Shown: in pieces, positions 47,588-56,835 of the stretch
Numbering within the stretch: position 1 is the stretch's first letter
Layout: every line of letters begins with the position of its first letter
NCBI GenBank assembly: GCA_009103225.1
Contig: RHPI01002836.1
Span: forward strand, 301,515 to 358,349
DNA: 56,835 nt
Direction of reading: 5' to 3'
Source: Chlorokybus atmophyticus
Lineage: Eukaryota; Plantae; Mesostigma and Chlorokybus algae
The notes under the pieces: generated by a model
Seen by the model: only the letters and a program-made list of their open reading frames with translations
Databases searched by the model: none
Told to the model about the DNA's origin: nothing
Translations under genes and position numbers: made by a program

Positions 47588-49380
47588 TGTAACGACGCTA
47601 GTACGTACTAGCGTCGTTACAGCAACTATCTTATAACTTATAAGTATACTAGGTGTTATGCATTCTAGATTAGTGAACCAATGGGTTGATTGATAATGGT
47701 AATTATTATGTTAATAATTGTAACGGGTTTTATGCATGTGAAATACGCTAAGTGTTTGTCACGAAAAAGCACACGCGAGTGGGTTTTAAGACGCCACATA
47801 TAAGCGAACTCATGTATGACGGCGGAAGCCGTCAAGGACATAATTAACCCTTATGGCTCGACAGCCCAGCTACCACATAACTCATGAACGCGATACCAGT
47901 GCCGAAGCAAGCATTATCGCGGGGCTAAGAAATTAGACCATAGTTGGTCGAAGCCCAGAAGACGGTTGACCTAAGTACCAAATATGGGATAAGTACTTGG
48001 AAGAATGAATGCTTAGTATAATTGTAGTAATACTATTGCTGGAATTAAGAGTGGGGCTCTACTCGGACGTGTATCGCTATGAAAATACAAAGATTCATGT
48101 ACCGCGAATAGTATGAACCCAAGATAAATACTACCGCGATGGTGAACGCCGCGCCAACTACTTAGTAGTTTGAGGCGCTGTGGTTATGCTTAACGAGATA
48201 AGGTCTATCTCGGAGGATGAGTCGCAAATGAGAAGCAGCAGCTTGAACTTGCGGATTGGAGAGTTGAATTGCGGAAATAAATTCCACATGATAACTCGGT
48301 CATTAGTTTCCCGGCGAGTCCGTTGAGAATAATATATCGGAGAAACAACTCTTCGGAGCAAGGACAGGCTTGCGAAGGATAAAGCCTTTTAACGAAGTCG
48401 TTTTGTGGACGCAGCTATTCCTTGCTAATTCCGATAGGTACTAAGGGGTACTTAACGTGAGTGATTGGTTCTCAGCGTGTGTGGTTGGTTGTGGCATCTA
48501 CACTTGGGGCAACCTTCTGAGTGCCAAAGGTTCATGAATATCATTGCGGCGAAGTAAGTTCTTCGTCCTCATTGATGCATCGGAACTATTCAAAGCCTAA
48601 GTCAAGCTTTGAGGGTAGCGAAAGAATAATCACTACCTAGGTTCCAAGGTTTTCGGGGATCCGAATCCCCGTGCGGTCGTGGGGAACCGCGGGGGAAGGT
48701 TAGAGCGCAAGGGCAAATAGGTATGGACCTAATTACTCTTGGCGGCTAATCCGATTCGGAAAAAGGATACCCCTAAAACCCGAACAGAAAAGGGATCAAG
48801 CGAAGTCGCTATTATCCTATGGCCCCGCGTTGAACAAACAATCGCGAAAATCTCTAAGGCATTGGCTAGAGTTTTAGCGGCGCACGCTAGCACATATTTA
48901 GCGCACCTCCCACGACGGCGAGAGGTTTGCGCCTGTTAGGAAAATCATCGGTGAATTGGCGAGTAGCCAAGACGCCCAAAAAAGTTGGATTCAACCTAAG
49001 TGAGGTTGGGGAAATAATTGTAACTTGGATAGGGTTCTTTATCTCCCTCCCCTCTCACAGTCTCGGGTGGCAAAGTGCCGCCCCGCACTTGGAAAATTCT
49101 GAGGCGTAGCCCTTCTCAAAATTCCGGTCGTTAGTTCACTAGTAAATTAAAGTGAACCAAAAAGTTGAGTCGGTCAGTGAAGCATTGGCCGAATTCGCGA
49201 GGTTGCGAATTCTGTGAGTCGCGAAGTGAAGTCACTTTGCTTTTGAATCAAATTGCGCTAAGTCCGTGTTAGGATAACAGAGGTCGGATTCACTGGGTGA
49301 AGAACTTAGTGAATCAAAGAAAAAGGCCCCCGTTACAGTTGCCAACGTGCTGGCTCTTAAATTAGCAACGCTGCTCTTTA
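47588..49380 (+). repeat. Diverged LTR-like sequence related to the LTR at 54806
   Basis: TGTAACGACGCTAGT vs TGTCACGAAGCTAGT; shared ATGCATTCTA..GTGAACCAAT.GGTTGATTGATA. The 3' limit is uncertain. Confidence 0.5.
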
Positions 49381-49389
49381 AGGTGCTCT

Positions 49390-49772
49390 CTAAAAAACGG
49401 GGTTTGTGAAACACCGTTACATCTTGAATAACGTGCTCACGGCATTGGATGCCATCTCTCATGCTCGTGCAACCAAGCAATGTGCTGCACTTCTCCTCCT
49501 TGACTTTAAGAAGCGCGTTGATTGTATAGATTGAGACTTTCTGGATGCCATCATGTGTGCTCAAGGCTTTGGGGCGCTCTTTCGTGGTTGGATTCGCTGC
49601 CGGAATGATGGGGGAGTCAGCTCGGTGCTTTTCAATTGTCGAATTTCCCAGCCCTTCCATCTCCAGCGCAGCGTCCGGCAGAGCTGCCCTGTGGCCCCCG
49701 CTCTCTTTGTACTAGCCACCGAAGCCTCGAGGGCTCTCCTCCGGGCCAACCTTTACGTGAGAGGCCTGCTGT
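49390..49772 (+). pseudogene. L1/Tx1-like LINE reverse transcriptase fragment
   Basis: TGFVKHRYILNNVL, LLLDFKK, SVRQSCPVAPALFVL. Confidence 0.85.
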
Positions 49773-52700
49773 AACATCGGCGCCTTAACCACTAGGCCAT
49801 GGCAGCAAAAGTCCATGCCATAGGGGCGCCACACTGTGACATGTGACATGTGGCGTGTCGCGCGATCTGAGGGGACAACTCGTGGACGGAGTTGTTTCAA
49901 AACAGATGTAGCTATCTGGTCAGCAAGTTGCCATACCATACCAAGTTACTAGTGCAATGACATGCCATGACGTTACATGTACATGTTACATAAACGTTAC
50001 ATGCCATGGCGACATTAACCTATTTGCACGCTTTATCTTTTGGCTGCGACTTCCTATGGTCGCAAGGGGACTTGGTAATTCTAACTACTCGGCCCTTGGA
50101 TAATGATCATTGCTAAGGGCGGCGCGGTGAGGCACCCAAGAGTGCTAGGGAAAAAGAAAACTATCAGCCAACTCGGCTTTTAATTCCCCCAACCTCACAA
50201 TAGATTGAAGTCACTTGACCTAATCAAGCGAGGTGGCGTGTTTTAAGCTGGTCGCCAAACCCGCATGCATTGAAAAAGTCATATGACTTTTACAATTCGC
50301 TTAATCTACTTGCGGCCTTGGGAGTCGGCGACCAACCTACGTGCAATTAGAATTTAGCCGATCATTCAATTACGATTTGTCTACGACGTCGTAAGTGAGT
50401 GCTCTTACGTGCGTGCAAAGTGGGAGTCAAGGACTTGAATTTTCGCGACTTCGCAACAGTAGCCTTACTCGCACGCTTTATCTTTTAGCCGCGGGTTCCT
50501 ATGGTCGCAAGGGGACTCGGTAATTATAACTACTCGGCCCTTAAATAATAAGCATTGATTGATTCACTTTGAATCAACATGCGATGCAATTCAACTTGCG
50601 CCCTTAGGGGGATCCTTTGATGGCTCCCTTCCAACAATTCGCACCATTAAAGCTTGCACATATGAGCTATGCTCGGGGGAGCGTGTCCGCAAAAATGAGA
50701 CTTGAGAGTCTCACCTGATGCAGCTTTGACACCTCCAACACCGTGCACCTTCTTGGTTCCCAATTGAGGTCCTAGGAAAGACCTTCTCTGTCACGAGTAA
50801 CCAAGGCACTGATGCAACTGCGTGCCCCAGCTTTTTAAAAGAAGAGTTTAATTACATCAATCGCAACCGAACTATGTCCACCTTAGGTTGACCCTAACTA
50901 CAATTCAAAAATGCTCAATTGATCATAGTAGAGGACCGCCCGAGATGAGCCCACACTCAATAATCCGGTCAAGTGCCTTCACACAATCAATAGCTTTTTT
51001 GTCACCTATAATAGATATTTGGATTCAACGACCTGTTTTATGGATATTTTGCGCTTGGTTCACTACTATATTCATTGGTGGCAGTTGTAGCAGGTTGGTA
51101 CATACTTAGGTTAATTTCGCAGAAAGTGTTTCTGCCACCATGCGTGAGTTCACTCACGTGTGGTGTCTCATTTTCCACTCTCGGTTGCAAGTCCCCACTA
51201 TCGACTTTGGTGATTACACTCGCAAACCACATAATTATTAACTGTATAATTATAATATCAATCAACCAATTGGTTCACTACATTTATAGAATGCATACAG
51301 CTTAAAACTAGCTTCGTGACATTCCTCCCCGTTCTACTTTGCGTCCTCGCAAGGACTTCACACCTGGAAAAAAACACGTCGCATGATCAGTATGGCGACA
51401 AGTGCATTTCCATGAAGTAAGTTGGCTCGGGGATTGGAGGGCTTTTTGAACGGAGCATAACTTATCTTCATCGACCTGAGGAATTTCCGCAACAACAGTG
51501 GACAGTTCAAGTTGTTGTGCGGTTCTTACATATTATGTTTCGGACCATCACCCTTCCACTTTCTGAGGTACTTGAGAGAGCGTTTCTTCCGAGGTTGGCT
51601 CGCCAATATGGCCTCTACCTCATAGTACATTCCGAGGTCCGATTCAACCGTAGGAAGAGGCGGTGGTTGGACCCTTCCACTCAAACGGTAATCCTTCAAA
51701 AGCGAAACATGAAACACGTCATGTATTTCCATGTTTGGCGGCAGTTGCAATTGGTACGCCGCGGGCCCAATCCGTTGCAACACCTTACATAGGCCAAGCC
51801 ATTGGGGTGTGAATTTTAATGTGCCCTTTTGTTTAAGCCCAATGTGCTGGCATTAAGTAGAACGTTTTGCCCCACTTCAAATGCTAAGTCACTTCGCATT
51901 TTATCCGCATAGAGTTTATGACGGTTTTGAGCTTCACCAAGGGCTTCCTTCGCTAGCTTCATAATCCGTTGCATTTCTTGCTTTGTTACGCAAAGGTTAC
52001 CGCTCCGGCATTCCTTTGTGACCTCGGCTTGGACAACTCTGTTTCCGCCGGGCTCATTGGAATTTCCCCATAATTCAAATAGAGTGGGGTGTAATTGGTT
52101 GACTCACTAACCGAATTATTCACTGTGAATCTCATTAAGGGCAAAAATTGGTCCCAATCGTCTTGCACACTAGTCACATAGTGCCAAATGGTTTGTTCAA
52201 TAATTTGATTCTTGCGTTCGGTTTGGCCATCGGTTTGAGGATGATACGCGGTTCATAGAGAGTACGTCACTCCCATCAAGTCCTTTAGTTCACTCCAAAA
52301 TGAACTAGTAAATCGCGAATCCCTATCGGAAACAATCTGTTTCGGCCAACCATGCGTGCTATGTCATGCCGGTGAAGGACTTGAGCTAGATGGTCTCGGG
52401 ATATGACTACATGCAGGGGAATAACAGACTGTGGGCTGGTTGTAGGCATACGGTAGTTGGATTTGCTTGTAGAAACATATATAGACAATAACATCTGTTG
52501 GGTTTTATGATGGGAAGGTAGATAACGAAGTTATTGAGTGAGGAGAAGTGTATTTGGTGAGCTACAGTCAGGGTAACCGGACACCAGCGTAACCCAGATC
52601 TGATGGGTGTAATCGGGGTTATTTTGGGAGTTGTGAGTAAAGAAGGTCTGGTGGAAGGAGTGGGCAAACATCGTGGCAGTCAAGAGCTGGTCATGGAGAC

Positions 52701-53826
52701 GGTCTACTCATCATTGGAGGCGTGGATTGGAGCTGGAGCTGGAGGAGAGCAAGTCCAAGTAGCTTTGACTATGGTCTAGTGCATTCTTGGTTGGTTGTGC
52801 TAGATTAAGACATGTGTCATTGACTTGTTCATTGTATAAGCAGTGTGACTGAACAGGTGTAGCTATCTGGTCAGCAAGTTGCCATACCATACCAAGTTAC
52901 TAGTGCAATACATCCTCGTGTGTTGTATGCAATTGGTGCCTTAGCTGAGATTGTTGTTGTGCGAGTGTGTGACATTGGCACATCCCATCGAACCCTGCTC
53001 AGCAAGTACATCTACAAGGAGGAGGTCATCATCCTCACCCTCGTGTAGACTGTACACTTGCTGTGTACAGTGAACAGTCTACACGAGGGTGAGGATGATG
53101 ACCTCCTCCTTGTAGATGTACTTGCTGAGCAGGGTTCGATGGGATGTGCCAATGTCACACACTCGCACAACAACAATCTCAGCTAAGGCACCAATTGCAT
53201 ACAACACACGAGGATGTATTGCACTAGTAACTTGGTATGGTATGGCAACTTGCTGACCAGATAGCTACACCTGTTCAGTCACACTGCTTATACAATGAAC
53301 AAGTCAATGACACATGTCTTAATCTAGCACAACCAACCAAGAATGCACTAGACCATAGTCAAAGCTACTTGGACTTGCTCTCCTCCAGCTCCAGCTCCAA
53401 TCCACGCCTCCAATGATGAGTAGACCGTCTCCATGACCAGCTCTTGACTGCCACGATGTTTGCCCACTCCTTCCACCAGACCTTCTTTACTCACAACTCC
53501 CAAAATAACCCCGATTACACCCATCAGATCTGGGTTACGCTGGTGTCCGGTTACCCTGACTGTAGCTCACCAAATACACTTCTCCTCACTCAATAACTTC
53601 GTTATCTACCTTCCCATCATAAAACCCAACAGATGTTATTGTCTATATATGTTTCTACAAGCAAATCCAACTACCGTATGCCTACAACCAGCCCACAGTC
53701 TGTTATTCCCCTGCATGTAGTCATATCCCGAGACCATCTAGCTCAAGTCCTTCACCGGCATGACATAGCACGCATGGTTGGCCGAAACAGATTGTTTCCG
53801 ATAGGGATTCGCGATTTACTAGTTCA

Positions 53827-54805
53827 TTTTGGAGTGAACTAAAGGACTTGATGGGAGTGACGTACTCTCTATGAACCGCGTATCATCCTCAAACCGATGG
53901 CCAAACCGAACGCAAGAATCAAATTATTGAACAAACCATTTGGCACTATGTGACTAGTGTGCAAGACGATTGGGACCAATTTTTGCCCTTAATGAGATTC
54001 ACAGTGAATAATTCGGTTAGTGAGTCAACCAATTACACCCCACTCTATTTGAATTATGGGGAAATTCCAATGAGCCCGGCGGAAACAGAGTTGTCCAAGC
54101 CGAGGTCACAAAGGAATGCCGGAGCGGTAACCTTTGCGTAACAAAGCAAGAAATGCAACGGATTATGAAGCTAGCGAAGGAAGCCCTTGGTGAAGCTCAA
54201 AACCGTCATAAACTCTATGCGGATAAAATGCGAAGTGACTTAGCATTTGAAGTGGGGCAAAACGTTCTACTTAATGCCAGCACATTGGGCTTAAACAAAA
54301 GGGCACATTAAAATTCACACCCCAATGGCTTGGCCTATGTAAGGTGTTGCAACGGATTGGGCCCGCGGCGTACCAATTGCAACTGCCGCCAAACATGGAA
54401 ATACATGACGTGTTTCATGTTTCGCTTTTGAAGGATTACCGTTTGAGTGGAAGGGTCCAACCACCGCCTCTTCCTACGGTTGAATCGGACCTCGGAATGT
54501 ACTATGAGGTAGAGGCCATATTGGCGAGCCAACCTCGGAAGAAACGCTCTCTCAAGTACCTCAGAAAGTGGAAGGGTGATGGTCCGAAACATAATATGTA
54601 AGAACCGCACAACAACTTGAACTGTCCACTGTTGTTGCGGAAATTCCTCAGGTCGATGAAGATAAGTTATGCTCCGTTCAAAAAGCCCTCCAATCCCCGA
54701 GCCAACTTACTTCATGGAAATGCACTTGTCGCCATACTGATCATGCGACGTGTTTTTTTCCAGGTGTGAAGTCCTTGCGAGGACGCAAAGTAGAACGGGG
54801 AGGAA
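53827..54805 (+). pseudogene. Degenerate chromovirus integrase C-terminus and chromodomain (mirror at 51322-52300, minus strand)
   Basis: YHPQTDGQTER-like segment, HDVFHVSLLK, YEVEAIL..KW; PPT AAAGTAGAACGGGGAGGAA. Confidence 0.85.
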
Positions 54806-55629
54806 TGTCACGAAGCTAGTTTTAAGCTGTATGCATTCTATAAATGTAGTGAACCAATTGGTTGATTGATATTATAATTATACAGTTAATAATTATGTGG
54901 TTTGCGAGTGTAATCACCAAAGTCGATAGTGGGGACTTGCAACCGAGAGTGGAAAATGAGACACCACACGTGAGTGAACTCACGCATGGTGGCAGAAACA
55001 CTTTCTGCGAAATTAACCTAAGTATGTACCAACCTGCTACAACTGCCACCAATGAATATAGTAGTGAACCAAGCGCAAAATATCCATAAAACAGGTCGTT
55101 GAATCCAAATATCTATTATAGGTGACAAAAAAGCTATTGATTGTGTGAAGGCACTTGACCGGATTATTGAGTGTGGGCTCATCTCGGGCGGTCCTCTACT
55201 ATGATCAATTGAGCATTTTTGAATTGTAGTTAGGGTCAACCTAAGGTGGACATAGTTCGGTTGCGATTGATGTAATTAAACTCTTCTTTTAAAAAGCTGG
55301 GGCACGCAGTTGCATCAGTGCCTTGGTTACTCGTGACAGAGAAGGTCTTTCCTAGGACCTCAATTGGGAACCAAGAAGGTGCACGGTGTTGGAGGTGTCA
55401 AAGCTGCATCAGGTGAGACTCTCAAGTCTCATTTTTGCGGACACGCTCCCCCGAGCATAGCTCATATGTGCAAGCTTTAATGGTGCGAATTGTTGGAAGG
55501 GAGCCAGCAAAGGATCCCCCTAAGGGCGCAAGTTGAATTGCATCGCATGTTGATTCAAAGTGAATCAATCAATGCCTATTATTTAAGGGCCGAGTAGTTA
55601 TAATTACCGAGTCCCCTTGCGACCATAGG
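54806..55629 (+). repeat. Truncated Gypsy LTR (mirror starts at 51321, minus strand)
   Basis: TGTCACG directly after the PPT. Confidence 0.7.
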
Positions 55630-56089
55630 GCAATCACAGTCATCTGGAAATAGTCAAGGTGTTAGAAAACTGTTTTTTAACGCTGTAAAAACACATGTGA
55701 TTTCAAACAACCTACAACGCTTTTAAAACAATTGTGTTTATAAACAGTGTGTAAACAGACTTGTTGTTGGGCGTTTATTAACATTAGTGTTGCAACAACA
55801 CGGTACTGATGTTCGTGCAACACTTACTACATGTATCACATTCGTTGCAACATTGAAAGCTTGCAGTTGACCAGTCAACATGCAGCATACATGTATGCAT
55901 TGTCAAATAAACGGTCGCAAACAATCAGGTCTTTGTATAGCATGAGACAAGTGTGCAACCATATCAATTGCTACTCATCTACAAGCAATAATGTGCACCT
56001 CGGCGGAAGCTACTTCTAACTACTGAAACTACTTGACTACCTACCAACTACTAATTTGCTAGTAACAACTGCTAGTAGCTATCACAACA

Positions 56090-56330
56090 GCTACCTATGC
56101 TAGCCAGCCCTACTGCAACTACTACTACCAGCACCAGCGCCAGCACCGCCCCTAATGCCGCCCAGCAGCACCAAGGGCACAACACCACCACTAGCGCCAG
56201 CCACCGCCGCCGGCGCTTCCAAGCAGCGCCACCAGCGCCGCCCAGGCCCAGGCGCAGCGCCAGCGCCAGCGCCGCCGCCGCCGCCAACCACGGCCACGTC
56301 GCCGCCCGATGCTGCGTGCAGCCTGCAACG
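56090..56330. repeat. GC-rich low-complexity repeat (CCAGCG/CCG)
   Basis: Directly visible. Confidence 0.6.
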
Positions 56331-56539
56331 ACGGCGGCCCGATACATTTGAAATTTTTCAAAGCCCTTCTGTTACCAACCGTTGGATATCGAATCCAACA
56401 GTTGTAACTGCAAGCAATCAATAAGTCGCTGCCCTCTGGAAATGTACCATATTTATAAATGGAAAGGGTAGTCAACTCTTACCTACCCGGTACTCATATT
56501 GAACAATCAATGTCGGATATACAGCATCATAAAATACAC

Positions 56540-56678
56540 AAATATGTATATATTTATATACATATATATATTTACATACATATATAAATACACATATATA
56601 TATATATATGTATACACCTATACATGTATACCTGTAGTTACGTGTATATGTATACCTGTAGTTACGAGTGTATATATA

Positions 56679-56733
<55 letters not shown>

Positions 56734-56754
56734 ATATATATGTATGTATATATA

Positions 56755-56809
<55 letters not shown>

Positions 56810-56835
56810 ATATATATGTATGTATATATATATAT
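56540..56835. repeat. (TA)n/(TATATG)n microsatellite
   Basis: Directly visible. Confidence 0.95.

Larger units (their letters stand above)
50498..55629. repeat. 5132-bp palindrome (2556-bp arms, 20-bp centre)
   Basis: Mirrored ORF track; paired coordinates sum to 106127; mismatches seen at 50551/55576 and 50620/55507. Confidence 0.97.

Noticed and set aside
56472-56801. YI/HI-repeat ORF
   Set aside because: Microsatellite translation.

Overview
Eukaryotic, green-lineage (plant or alga; species not determinable) repeat-dense sequence with no intact host gene. The main hidden structure is a giant CMC/CACTA-type DNA transposon spanning 7091-34605. It has 25-bp TIRs (CACATGAAAAAGTCAGCGCGAACCA, 24/25 match), a CAC target duplication and ACCATG-rich subterminal repeats. 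It carries a divergent Tnp2-like transposase plus several spliced cargo genes, now degenerate. The most striking cargo is an intron-containing gene ending in a histone H3 fold with CENH3-like hallmarks and an N-terminal extension of over 300 aa. Nested inside it are a 2.06-kb non-autonomous CMC element (TSD ATG) holding a tRNA-like sequence, and a stack of LTR retrotransposons: a Copia element containing a Gag-protease-only Copia derivative, which in turn contains an intact chromovirus. A clean 1.36-kb inversion cuts through that stack. The window also holds other Copia remnants (1-6803), a Gag-like remnant, two unidentified degenerate genes, a 1.77-kb tandem duplication, a LINE RT fragment and a 5.13-kb near-perfect fold-back palindrome. 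All alignments were done by eye, and functions of cargo genes are inference.
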